DNA from: Chrysomallon squamiferum
Taxonomy: Eukaryota; Animalia; Mollusca
Direction: 5' to 3'
DNA: 64,000 nucleotides
Assembly: GCA_012295275.1 (NCBI GenBank)
Contig: CM022671.1
Location: 34,596,001-34,660,000, forward strand
In this document: positions 16,132-30,903 of the stretch, piece by piece
Numbering within the stretch: the stretch's first letter is position 1
Layout: every line of letters starts with the position of its first letter
Notes under the pieces: generated by a model
Databases searched by the model: none
The model's input: only the letters and a program-made list of their open reading frames with translations
Told to the model about the DNA's origin: nothing
Program-made: the position numbers and the translations under genes

Positions 16132-17889
16132 CATTATTACACGCTAAATCGATTTAAACATTCCACAACGAAATCTGCTTCATAAAACTTATAATTTAAA
16201 TAATAAATTTGTATTTAAAATTCATACTTTATACTTTCAAGATCCCAGGAAAAACAGGCGTACATTTTTTTTTTTTTTTTTGTGTTTATGTGTGACTTTC
16301 TAACAGAGGACTGGCTACACACGCCTTGCATGGACCTTCATCTCAGAGTCTTCTGTCGTTTCCAGTGCAATAACCATGATACGTGCCTGTATTTCAGAGT
16401 TGAAACGTAAGACAATATTGTTAGTAACAGAATCAATAACTGGAGAAACTGTGAGCTGATGAGCACCAGGGTCGTGTCATTGTTTGAGATGCGACTGTCA
16501 GAATCGGGTAAACAAAACGAGGTACGATATCCGGAGACAAAACGACTAATTACTTACATGAAACCGATACAGGTCATGATTATTTTGTGATTAAAAAAAA
16601 ATAAATAAATAAGAAAAGAAACAGGAATCAGTACGATTATATCGATTGGAAATTTGTTAAGGATGGTGAAAGAAAAAAGAAAGAGATCGTGGAAGGGTGA
16701 CAGAGGAATAAAGAAAGTAACTGATATCACAGAAACAGTCAAAGTGGCTGTAGTGTTGTTGTTGTTGCTGTTGTTGTTGTTGAAGAAGCAATTATAATAT
16801 TTCTGATGATTTCCACTGTTTATCTGTATTTTTGTGTGTATGCCTGTGTATATATACGTGTATGTATGTCTGTGCTTGTATGTATTTAGGATTTTGAATA
16901 TTCTCTGTCTTATGTACGTCTGAATAGACTCTGCACATAGACAATATTCAGGAACGCACTGGCGCAGGAGGACAAAGTCCAATCACGACCTCACAAAACC
17001 CGTCAGATGCCGCTGACATTATTATTATACATTTTTATTATTTAATTTAAATTTCTTTTTAACGTTAAATCTCTCAAACCAGTCTATTAAACGTCTTCTT
17101 GAATTTCGAAAACGATCGTTCGTCATTAAATGTCATTAATTAAGAACTGAAGGACGCTTTTATTTTCTAAATCCTTGGCCTCGTTAATCATAACCATTAA
17201 AACAGAAGTGCAGTCTGAAGGACAATCGATCCAAAGATCGAGATTTGGCCTCGACTCTCTTCAAAGGGACGGAACTCGTTTCGAATAATCGAACATAATT
17301 ATCGATACTTCCGTTTCTTTTAACAAAAATGTAAATTTAAAAAACTAATTTGATTTCAAAACACTTAGATTTCTCTTAAAAGTTTTCAATTCCTTTCTTG
17401 GCGTGTTTATTTTAAAAGATTTATTACTGTTTTCACGCCTACCGAGGTAAGCAAATATTTATTTACGTTAAATGGAAATCTAATATTTGTAAGTATTTAA
17501 TATTAGCAATGTGTTCACAACAAAGACTCAGACATTTATACCTGGAACGACACTTCTGTAAGTTGATGACATACTGTATAGGGCGACAAACAGACGAAAT
17601 GATTCTGTTAATTTTTTTTATTATGATTAATGTCATGCACAGCAAAACACGTACACTACATGAAAGCAGACATAAACACCGGTGTACCCACAGTTCCACG
17701 TTGTCACTCGAGTACTACTGACGTGACAAATCTAAAAATACTTTCTCATTAGGCTGACCGTTTCCAAACATTCAAAAAGAAGGACACAGCCGCCACGTGT
17801 GTTTGTTTGCGCATGTGTGTGGATATGCATGCATGCATACATACATACATACATACATACATACATACATACATACATACATACATACA

Positions 17890-17923
<34 letters not shown>

Positions 17924-19339
17924 CAGACATACATACATACAGACAGACAGACAGAAAGATATATATATATAGATAGATAGATAGATACACACAGATACAC
18001 ACACATATATACATGCATACAGACACACACACATACATACACACACACACATATACATAATGAACATGCATTATAACTTGATAATAACCAAAATATACAA
18101 ATAACAAATTATAGTACTTTACTAAAGCCTAAGGATTTAACTCAAATCAAAAACGTTTCATGTTGAATTAAAATATATAAAAGGCCGCAGGAAATACACC
18201 TGAGAGAATCTATTTGTAAAAGTATCACTATAACGTGATGAATGCTAATTTGTGGTGTGTGGGGTTTTTTTTCTAAAATAAATTGTGAAACACCACTGAT
18301 TCAGTAAAAATAAGGAAAGCAAAGAAAGGAATATTCATTTTTACTTTTGCTGGGACAGGGTAGTCTAGATCCTAATTACTATGAATAGCAAGTTGGTTTT
18401 TTTTGGTTTTTTGTTGTTGTTTTTTTTCGGTCCTTCACTTGCTGTTTCTAAAGGCATCAGCATAAAATTATGATAAAAAAATGTCACTGGTTATTGTGGC
18501 ATTCAAGATCCAGAACTTACTGTACGTAAGACAAGTTATATATAATTATTTTAAGACAAATTAATGTGTTTCTTGAGGAGATTCGGGACGAAAGACGAAT
18601 TGCTAAAATCCAGGACGTCTGGCCACTATAAAACTCACAGCGATGTAACGAACGCGTTACACAAATTCACACATACGTGCACAAACATGTACTCGTTAAT
18701 GTAAACAGAAAACATCCATGCCCAAATAAACACACACAAACAACAACAGATATGGAGGTAAACATGATACTGTACGTACTGAAGAACTAACAAGGGATAT
18801 AATCTAAATGCACAAAGGACGTGAGGACAATACAAAACAGGGAACGAATGAGAGAACAATCCTCGTTTTACAACACAGGCTCATCAAGTGATCTTTTTCT
18901 TTTTCTTTTTTTTTTTTCCCTTGACGCTAAGAGTGACATCAGTTCCTTTTCAATTTAACTAATAATGAATTCATTACACCTCAATAACACACACCTGTGA
19001 AAAAGACCTGTACAATAAGTTTCTGAAATGCACCGCTGGTCGTTAATAAGCTATCACATTTCACCGATATTTTACTTATCTATCAGTGTCATCAGCGACG
19101 TAAGTCAATTTCGAATTTCAACAAGAATACAAAAGTATTTGGGAGAAAAACACGCGGGTCGGTGCGGAATTTGAGATCAGATAGAAAACTCCGGGTTAGA
19201 AGTTAAATGCAGGAAAAACGTAAGAAGTACGTATGTTTGTGTTTGACATAAACGTTTTCTGATATATGACGTGATATAACTGTAGATCATTTACGTACTG
19301 TATATCAACAGGTAGCGAGAGTAAACGGTAAATCTGATA

Positions 19340-19370
<31 letters not shown>

Positions 19371-20445
19371 ATCTCTAATTCAAATACGGCTACAAAAACA
19401 GTCACTGTTATTACTTCCATTATTAATACTGTTAATACTTCCATTATTAATACAGTTAATACTAATAGTATTAATCTATTATTACTTTACTACAACTACT
19501 ACTATTACAACTGCTCTTACTACTACTATAACAACTTCTAGTAATATTATAATACTATTATTACTATCTACTACAACCTGATATTATTATTGCTGCTGTT
19601 GTTAACATTGTTGTGGCTACTACTACTACTACTAATACTAATACAAATAATAATAATAATACTATTACAAATACTAATAGTACTAATACTAATTTCTAAA
19701 TACAATCATAACTGCTACTGCTGTTTTAAATATTGATGCTATTTTTACAGATGCTATAACAATCGACCACGCTTTCCGTTATTCTCTCCATTATTTCTAC
19801 AATTGTTATATCTATTACGTGTCTCACTATTATTATTTTGTTTTTCATTTTAATACAACATCTACAAGCATAACTTGTACTGCTGTTATTTAGCTGACAC
19901 AGTTTGTGAAAAAACAAAACAAAGAAAGAGTACAAAATGCTCGTATTTAAATTACATTTTCAAAGAACTGAAAACTTCAGTAACGACTTCTTACCCTAAC
20001 TTTAAGAGTACAAAACGTGACTAGTCAGTATTGATTGACATATACAGGATTACCTCCCTTTAGCGTTACCTTTTTAAGAACGACTGTGAGATCATGTTGT
20101 CCTGCTTGTTAGCATAACAATCGCGCTTAACCAGACGCCGATCTAACTGAGCGCTGAGGGTTTCTGATATCGACTTTTATGTATATATTAATAATTTAAA
20201 ATAATAATTCACAAATGTGCGTACGAACATGAACAGTCTTCTGTCGATGTTTATACACTTGTAAGGAAATTTTTTTTTTTTTTTTTTTTTTTTTATCAAA
20301 TTTGCACTTTTTATTCCAGAAAATCTTTACCGGCCTGGATTGATTATGAAACACAAATGTGCCCGTTAATAATATTAACGATTTTTATTATAAATAGTTA
20401 ACGGTGTCTAGACAGAATTTCATTTTATAATAATAATAATAATAA

Positions 20446-20499
<54 letters not shown>

Positions 20500-21503
20500 G
20501 AAGAAGAAGAAGCAGAAGAAGAAGAAGAATAGCAGTAGTAGCAGTAGTAGTAGTTGTAGTAGAAGTAGTAGTGGTAGTAGTAGTAATGAGAAAAGAAAAA
20601 GTCGTTGTCCTCTGTTACTCACCAGAAAGAAATATTTTCTCATAATCATTATTATTCTTGCTCCTCTTTCTTTCCTTCCGTCATTCTTTCTTTCTATCTC
20701 ACCTATAACTGTCTCACTCTCTCTCTCTCTCTCTCTATTGTCCTCTCTATCTAATAGTCTATCTGCCTCTTTGTATGTCTGTCTCTATCTTACATATACA
20801 TATATATATATATCTTTTTTTCCGCGTGTTTCTTGCTGTCGTTCACCACAGTTCCAAAATAACAGACGTCGTTTCGTCACGAGAGGATAAAATCGTAATG
20901 ACAAGTGTCTGGGACATGAAGACACAGATGAATGGAGACGTCTCTCAGATAACTGAGCATCACGGGAAGGTTTTACAAAAACACTAACAATTAGCGTAAT
21001 CTTACGCAGATGATATGAAATATGTACGCAATTAACTTGTTCTAAACTGACGTGAAAATGAAACTAAAACAAATGTTAGTGCAAGGAGGCTTAAAGTGGA
21101 TATTTTCTAAATGAGCACCGTCTTTTTGTTTCTGAAAGAATGATGGCTTGGTGAATCTACTTCTTCTAAAACTTCATTTTGTTCTTTTCCCTTCCATCCT
21201 ACCTCTTTCTTCTTTTTCTTTTTCTCCTTCTCCTTCTTCTTCTTCTTCTTGCTAATGTTTCGTGACGGTCATTTATTGGATTTACATATGTATGCATGTA
21301 TCTATGTATGTATGTATCTGTGTATGTGTGTATGTGTGTATGTATGCATGAATGAATGTATTTGCGTGTGTATATCAATACATCTTCGTGCGTGTAAATA
21401 TATTCGTTTTTACATATGAATGATAATATTTTTTTGTATTTAAGATGAAAAATAATTAATATTCTTTATTTTATATAATAATATATGTATATGTATGTAT
21501 ATA

Positions 21504-21539
<36 letters not shown>

Positions 21540-22042
21540 TGTATGTATGTATATATCTTATATTATTATATAGCAATATGTTATCAAATAAGTACTTCAG
21601 CACTCTGACGCTGACTACATTATAGAGTATCACTAATTACAAAGTTTTTTTTAGGATGATGTGACAGCCACTGACAGATGACGTTGTAGCTGCGTCTACA
21701 CAGAAGTGGAAGTTATTTAGTTTTTCTGTTTTTTGGTTTATGTAATTAGCCGACTTCACGTGCTAGATTGACGCTGTCAAAATATTCACAAACAGAAAAG
21801 TGATCGCCGGCTTAGAACATTTCTGTTTATGTGTTTGTCTTCGTACTTATTTTTGTTTTGTTTTGTTTTTTTCTAAATTTTTTAAAATTTAGTATAGATT
21901 GTTATTATTGTTTTTATAGTTGCTGTTGTTGTTGCTGTTGTTGTTGCTGTTGCTATTGCTGTTATTATATTGTTGTTGTTATTTGTTGTTATTATCATCA
22001 TCATTGTTATTATTATTATTGTTATTGTTATTGTTGTTGTTG

Positions 22043-22079
<37 letters not shown>

Positions 22080-22279
22080 CATCGTCATAGTCAGTCATCA
22101 TCATCATAATCATCATCATTAAAATTTATTATCTTTTTATTTTATTCAGTTTTAATCTTTTTTAATTTTGATATTAATAACATCTTATTTCCATGCGTTT
22201 TCCATTTTCATTTATTTGTTCTTTCTCTCTTTCATACTTTCCACTTTCCCTCCTGTCTCTATTTGTTTCTCTCTGTATT

Positions 22280-22369
<90 letters not shown>

Positions 22370-22433
22370 CATTTTCTACCTCTGCTATACGCTCTAACGC
22401 GATATATCTCTCCCTGTCTATCTCGACAATATC

Positions 22434-22476
<43 letters not shown>

Positions 22477-22956
22477 GCCTCACTGTCCTTATCTTTTACG
22501 TCCTTACCTTTTCCTCTGTTTCTTGTTTCTAGTCGTGACTAAACAAACAGCTGAGTAAACTACTCCTATCATTTTATTACCTCTGTGACGAAATAACTGT
22601 TAACAAATATCACCACGACAATATGTTGTCATAACAACGGACAGCAGTAGTTATCACTAGATATCAGGAAACTGAATACATTTTTCTACAACAAACGTAA
22701 TAATTGCTACATTAAAACAGCAAAACAGTTTTGTTGTAAGGCATGAAAATCATGTCTAAATTATAAGCAATATCTCGTCCCTTGCTGTGCCTGTTTGTCT
22801 GTCTGTCTGTATCTATTTCTGAATCTTTCTCGCCCCCCCTCTTCCTCTCTCTCTTTATTTCAGAAAATTCCAACCTCATTATTATTTTATTATTACATAT
22901 GTCATCATTACTACTATTTTATTTGTCTTTCATTCATCATTATCATCATCATCGTC

Positions 22957-22987
<31 letters not shown>

Positions 22988-23002
22988 TTATCATAATCAT
23001 CA

Positions 23003-23049
<47 letters not shown>

Positions 23050-23504
23050 GACTGCTACTAATGACTACCTTACTTTCGTCTGTGTCTTAATATCTCACCA
23101 TTATTTTCTGACATCCAACCTCTTTCGAGATGAAATATCAAGACAAAAATAATACGGAAAGGTTTGCTTTTAAAATATCAAGTTGGTTCCGATGAAGAGG
23201 AATTTATCTCGAATGTCTCCACAAATTAAATAACTCTTCATTCATTTAGTGAACTGGCTTTGTTAGCAGCCTCAATTTACAAACGTCTGCCTGGATAATC
23301 GAATAAGACAATTCCGCCTGGAGATATCATTTTTGTAATATCTAAGACGAGTTTGTTTTAAATTGCATCGTGGTCAAATAGTACGTAAAGGCGCGATCAT
23401 ACAACGCAGTTTTTATAAACTATTTTTTTTTTTTATCCTCCTGGATTTACCTTTACTTGTCTTATTTTGTTTTATTACCTTTTTTTCATCCAGCCAGTTA
23501 TAAA

Positions 23505-24135
23505 TCAGTCAGTCAGTCAGATTGTCAGTCAGTCAGTCAGTTAGACAGTCAATCAGTAAGTCAGTCAGTTAATCAGTCAATCAGTCAGATAGACACTAAG
23601 TCAGTCAGTTAGACAGTCAGTTAGAGTCTGTTGGACAGTCAATCAGTTAGAGTCAGTTAGACAGTCATTTAATCAGTAAGTTAGTCAGTTAATCAGTTAG
23701 TCAGTTAGACAGTCATTTAATCAGTAAGTTAGTCAGTTAATCAGTCAGTCAGTTTGACAGTCAATCAGTCAGTCAGTCAGTTAATCAGTCAGTCCATCAG
23801 GTAGTTAGACCGTCAATCAGTTAGACAGTAAGTTAATCAGTCATTCAGTATGTCAGTCAGTTAATCAGTCAGTCAGTCAGTTAGACAGTCAGTTAGAGTC
23901 TGTTGGACAGTCAATCAGTTAGAGTCAGTTAGACAGTCATTTAATCAGTAAGTTAGTCAGTTAATCAGTCAGTCCATCAGGTAGTTAGACAGTCAATCAG
24001 TTAGACAGTCAATCAGTTAGACAGTAAGTTAATCAGTCATTCAGTATGTCAGTCAGTTAATCAGTCAGTCAGTCAGTTAGACAGTCAATCAGTTAGACAG
24101 TCAGATAATCAGTGAGTCAGTCAGTTAATAAGTCA
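23505..24135 (+). repeat. Complex (TCAG/TTAG/ACAG)-based satellite with nested higher-order duplications
   Basis: Built from 4-mer variants. The block ttagagtctgttggacagtc recurs at 23621 and 23893; agtccatcaggtagttagac recurs at 23791 and 23971. Confidence 0.9.
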
Positions 24136-24849
24136 ATTATTTATTTATTTATTTACTCACTCACTCACTTACCATTTCATTTTATTTTATTCTAAACTGT
24201 TCAATATCTTTTCTTCGTCCTTACTTCTAAACATGACTAACTTTGCTACGAGAATTGTGTGGGTTTTTCTTTTTTCTTCACACAGACGTGTTCAAACACT
24301 TCTCTATTATTGAGAACAAATCGATCAGACTTAACGAAACGATTTCGTTTCACATGAAACACGAGGGAGCGCATGTTCAATGGACTAATTAAATTTGATT
24401 GCGTCCATAAATCAGAAGCCCACTGTATAATTTAGCTGTGGTCATTGAACAGTCCGCCCCCTCTACGCAGACAGTCCCTGACTTTCTTCAGCATCAAAGA
24501 CTCGCAGCATAACCGAACTCGGTGTAGTTTTGACTAAGCTATTAGCCCATAACTGGCATTTATCGGGATCAAATCTGCGTACCAGCGACAATCTAGAATA
24601 AATTGTGATAGAGTATGAAAACTCTAAATGGCATTTAACAGGATCAAATCTCGGTGGGGGTCAATAATGAACTCTGTTAGTATAAGAAAACTGCACGCTC
24701 TTCAATATAATTAACATACTAACTCTAAATTTGCCAGATAGCTGTTATATTCGTTTAAAATCCGGTGTTTGAAACTACAATTCTACAATCAGGCTGTAGA
24801 TAGTGCACTGAGTTATAGAATTAAGCATCAAAACACAAAAATTCGTGGA

Positions 24850-25120
24850 ATAGTTCAATTGTTAGACTGAAGGTGGACTATTATAGCCGCAGGGTAATAC
24901 TACTATCTTTCCCATTCCAACCATTGCTCGAGCTGATTTCTGAATGATCGTGTTTCCCAGATTAGGCATATAAAAGAAATCTTACTGCCTGTAACTTACT
25001 GCATATAAAAGAAAACGTTAAGAGTAACTAATGCAGTGCTGATAACAAAAAACAAAAACAAACATGTCTGATAACAGTTAACATGAAAGTGTGCTGAGCT
25101 GTCGCTAATCAAACATGGCT
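24850..25120 (+). mobile_element. Degenerate SINE-like remnant
   Basis: tctttcccattccaaccattgctc resembles the ctctcgttccagccagtactc core; gcatataaaagaaa occurs twice; the tail is gtgctgagctgtcgctaatcaaac. Confidence 0.4.
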
Positions 25121-26355
25121 GGTTGTTTGTCGTCTGCTCTCGACGTCACTTTGTTGCTGTGTTTAGAATTAAGAGATGCTGCAAAATATTATCAAACGTC
25201 TCACAGTTAACAGACAAAACGTGACCACAGCTGTCCACGTGAGCTGACTGGTCAGGGGAAGTAACTCTGTAATAACAACAACAATAATAATAACAAATAA
25301 TAATAATAATAATAACGATAATAATGATGATGATGATAATTATTATTATGCTAATAATAAGTCATAATAATAATAATGATGATGATGATGATGATGATGA
25401 TGACAAAAACAAGATGATATAACCTGCTTTAATACTGTGATAAAATGTATACTGCAGTAATATCAAACATTTATGATAGAAAATTAATGAATGTGTTCTA
25501 GCTGTGTCGTTAAATAAACGCTAAATGTCTGAGAAACCATTGAAATTTAACCATTGTGCTCCGCAGGATGGAATGAAAGAATGAATACATGAATGAAAGA
25601 ATGAATACATGAATGAAAGAATGAATAAATGAATGAATGAATGAACGAACGAACGAAAGACTAATAATCTGTACTCAGTTACACAATTAGCTAATAATCA
25701 AAATAAATATAATAAAGAGATACTGGTAAACATTAAACTTAATGACTAATTTTATTCAGTCTAACTGAGTAGTTTGTTAAAGCAGACTGTGAATTATGTC
25801 AGTATGAAACAACCAAACAACACAAATAAATCAAACTCAGTGCTGAGATGGTTCTTTTTCATTGTTTGTAAAGTTTTATATTTCTGTCCTCTCTTTTACT
25901 GACTGTATAATTCTCTGTTTGATTTATATATTTAAAAAAAAAAAATTCTGCGTGTTGTTAGTGGTCCACATAGATCATATTAAGTATTCAGTTTATAAAA
26001 TCCATTTAGCTCTTTCTCTCCATCGAACTAAGGATCGAACCAAAGATCCATTCATCCATTCATTGAAATATCCATTTTTTTCCATCCATCCGTCAGTTTG
26101 TAAGTCCATCGTCTATTCACTGATTTATCAGTCCATACCTATACATTTTACATTGTAAGTTACAGCCAACCACCCAATCATTTTGCTTGTTTGTGAATCA
26201 GTCAGTATTAGAAAAATAAAAGAAAGAGACTTGTGTTGTTAAGTACTGTGTTATAACGCTTACACATTGAATTATGTCACGTACAGGATATTTTCTACTT
26301 CTTGAATGCTACGTTCTAGTGCTTAGTTACCGGGAACATTATGCTGGTGTTATAT

Positions 26356-26493
<138 letters not shown>

Positions 26494-29229
26494 ACACATA
26501 GAGAAACAGAGAAAGATATAAAGAGAAAGAAAGAGAAACCGAGAGACAGACAGACACATAAACATGCAGAACCTCAAACGAAAGTTCTAAACTCGAACCA
26601 AGTCTCTGCTGTAAACTCTTTCAAAGAACTAATGGGATATAAAAGCGTCAACGATTTTTTTCTTCTTCTTCTAAATAACGTATTTAAACCAGTAACCCAA
26701 TGCTCCCCTACCTCACTGAAATGCGTATCGATGACATCAAGACATTTTTATAGCTCACGGATAGAAAATAATGAATATCAAATTAATACTTGTCAAAATA
26801 TAATGCACACTTTTGATGAAGGATTTTGTTTCGTTTGAAAGCGATCGCTTATCTAGTGCAGCAAATTATATGGGAGGAAAAAACAGAACCAGAGCGAAAA
26901 TAAAAATGAACTGTTTCGTTCGATATCTGGATCATCTTGACAAGCGGTCGACCGAACAGTGATGGTGACAAGACGCTGAAATGTGTTCTGATCCAGTTTA
27001 TAGGACTACAGAGATGTTGTGATACTTTATCAAAAGAAACCATCTCAATTATCATTGTTCAAACACGCTGTATATGCTTGGAGAGCAATTGTATAGAAAA
27101 ACCTTCATTTTAAAAAAAAAAAAATTCTTCTGTTATTACCTTTTAATTTTGCCACTTAGTGGCATTTCACATTAATTTGGTTTTGTCAGTTTTTAATCTT
27201 CTTATCTTTGCGCATTCCTTCTCTAATATGTAATTTTTTTATTTTTTATTTTTTTATTTTTTAGGAGAAAGTGTATGCAGTTTGCTTAATGTGGAAATAG
27301 CATTGACTTTTGTTAAGCCAGCGTTAAACGATACATTTGTAAATATACTTCTGATTACTTTTGGTTTTGGGTTTTTTCGACATTTACTGATGTAATTTCC
27401 TCCTTTCATCCGCACATCCGAGATTTTAATAAGAACATACGTACAGAGAGACAGACAGACGAGTAAACATACAAATGAATGCCTGTGAATATGATGATGA
27501 TTGTTATAATTTTGACTGTCAGTGTTAAAGTTACTACTACACTTGACATAACGATCGTAATTATTATCATCAACATCACCATCATGATTATCATCATCAA
27601 CATCATCACAGTTGTTATATTAATAAAGGTCATCACTTACTATTATCATCATCATCACCACTGGCGTAATGATAATAAAAGCATCTTTATCATTATTGTT
27701 ATGACATCACCGTGATTGTATAATTAACCCGGTGAAACAAGAGTCTTTATTTTTCGTATACATAGCATCAGCTAACGTTTTCCACGCGTTTTTTTTTCTT
27801 CTTCTCCTTTTATTAAGAATGTTCGGCTCACGGCAAGAGCAAGCGAAAGACTGTGATAGAGGTCGATCGCTGTAACGAGATGAATAATTCAAACTGCGGT
27901 TTTTGGCGAGAGAATTCGGTTGAAGATAAACAAGAAAAAGTTTAAAAGCCGCACAAAAAAAAAAATGATTAATTTGAACGCGTTGGATAATAATCACGTT
28001 CTGCCGGTGGAGAGAGAACGTGTTCGTTCGTTGTAATCTTTCCTAATTTCGACTTGCGATGTCTTGTTAACTCTGGGTGCGTCTGCGGCGAGAGATAACT
28101 TTTTTCAGTCCGAAGACGTCAGGACGAAAGCGACGTGGCAAACAACGTATTTGCGATCGGCTGTGTGTTTGTTCTCTGTTCCAGGTCTGAAGGGAATTCT
28201 CGACTCTTCTCATGCTGACGACAACAAAAACGAGATGGTGCTCACGTTTTGCGAAATGCTCGTCTCAAACTCCGGATATTTTTGCGAGGATCGATAGCTC
28301 TTTTGAAGATTGCTTCGTGCTTTAAACCGTTTGTCTAACGAGATGATTGGTGCGTGATTACACCACCGTGATCTAAGTCGTATGCTCTAACCAGTGCCAG
28401 ACCTAGGATCAAATCCACATTCCTGCTGTCCCTGAGGGTTTGTTTGGAATGCTTAAGTTCATAGTATTCTTCCTTCACTCCATTTTCTAACATACTGATA
28501 CCAATACAATTATTTTTCTGCGACAAAAAATCCAAACTGTCCGATCATATGCACACAAAAGGTGCTTGAACTTTCAGTGATTGATTGACTAATAACAGAT
28601 CGTTATTTCTTGCGTTGTGTAGCTAACAGTCATTCTAGCATTCTTCTGTACATAGAAATACCTTCGATACGTCTTTATTGTTGATGTTTTTACTTATATA
28701 ATTATTCGTTACCATTACTATCAGTAATATTGTCATGAATTTTATTTTCATCGTTTTCATTATCATCAAAGCATTATCAGCAGCATCATTATGAAAATCA
28801 ACATGATCATGATCGTTATCAAAATAATCATCAAAGAAAAAGGCTCAAAAACCTAAGCTCCTTTTGAATTGTAATTCCCAAACAAATATCAAGATACATG
28901 ATATTTCAAATAAGCACAGACATATACACATATGAATTAACGATCTAACTGGCAGAAGAGTTCCCATTCGAATTATGTCTGTTGCAGTGTTTGAACTTAC
29001 GTCAATACATGGTAATCGAAAACCAAGTCTAATTTTCTTACTTTGATACAAAACTGGGGCTTCCATTGATCTAGGCTACACAAAACCAACTCTGATGTTT
29101 ATGATACGAGATACTCTTTCATTCCTCTTCCTTACCCATGCTCTGTCTGTTTTCAAATAGTTATTAGAAAATCTATACATGTATTCGTCTGCCACAGAAC
29201 GAACGTACGTATATGTGTCTGACTGTAGT

Positions 29230-29244
29230 AAGTATGTATGTGTT

Positions 29245-29301
<57 letters not shown>

Positions 29302-29759
29302 ATTTATGTATGTATGTATATATATATGTATGTATGTATATGTATGTGTATATATATGTATGTGTGTATGTATATATATATATATATACACACACACACA
29401 TACATACATACATACATATATATACACACACACACACATACATACATATATACATACATACACACTTATACACGTATAAGAACACATAATTTATATATAT
29501 ATATTTATATATTTATTTATTTATTCGTATGGGTAAATAAATGTAAATGTGTGTTTTACATCTCAGTGTGTGTCTCTATCAGTAATCTTCTCGTTCATTT
29601 ATTTTCATTCAATCAGCTATCTACCACTCAGACAGACTCTAATTTTCTATGTATAAATTGTAATGGTCAGATCTTTATCAAATGACCACCAAGTGACCAG
29701 TCCAACTAACTAGAAAACGTATTGTTGCTGTGTGCTCTGTTCTCCCTTTCTGTGTACGA

Positions 29760-29790
<31 letters not shown>

Positions 29791-30130
29791 TGTATGTATG
29801 TATGTATGTACGTATCTACGTATGTATGTATGTATGTATGTATGTATGTATGTATGTATGTATGTATGTACGTATGTATGTATGTATGTGTATGTATGTA
29901 AGTATGTATGTATGTATGCAAATACGAGTGTATGGGTGTTTTTTTGTATGTATGTTGTGCATGTATGTATGTATGTATGTATCAGTGTATGTATTTACGT
30001 ATGTATGTATGTGTATATGTGTGTATGCATATATTTTGTATGTGTGGTTGTGTGTGTGGTTGTGTAAAAGTGTATGTGTGTCTGTGTGTATGTTTGTATG
30101 TCTCTGTATGTATTTATAGTTTACATATGT
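29230..30130. repeat. Compound (TA)n/(TG)n/(TATG)n microsatellite field
   Basis: Direct inspection. Confidence 0.95.
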
Positions 30131-30870
30131 ATGTACGTTTCCATGAGTATTTATTTATATTCATGTTTGCGCATGTACACAACGCTACACAGATTTATAT
30201 ACGGATTAACCAGTGCTAACAGTCACATTCTTCCCCCATTGTCTCCCACTTTCTTGCTTTCTGTTAGACTGTCAACTTTCGCTCACTCTCTCATTTATTT
30301 CACTTCAGTCTTCTGTATCTGCGACACAGACGTTTTCCAATCTTCTGTGTGCAAATTGAAGACGGCAGTTCGTTACTAAACGACGGTGAAGTGATGACGT
30401 CCTGCAATACGAGTGTCGAATCAATTAGGACTCTATCTCAGAAAAGAAAGTATTTTTTTTTTGTCCACATCATTATACAAGAGAAAACGCCTCGTTATCT
30501 GGATTTAAAAATCATTTTTAAAGACTTGCATCATGGTTTTGTGTGTTTGCTGGACAGTAATTACGTGTAGAAATTAGACGCTGTTGTGTATTAGATTTCG
30601 ACTTTTAGCTAAAGTAGATGGATTAATGTACAGACAGATGTACGGTTTGAGATGGGGTTTTTTTTCTTCTTTTTTTTTCAAATAGGTGTTAAGATGATGA
30701 CGAGAAAAATGAGTAGTTACAACAACAACAATAGTAATAACAACACAACAAAAATAATAGTAACGACAACAGCAGCAACAACAACAACAACAATAACAAT
30801 AACAATAATAGTAATATAGTAATACAAATAATTATAATAATTATATATTATAGTAGTAGTAGTAGTAGTA

Positions 30871-30903
<33 letters not shown>

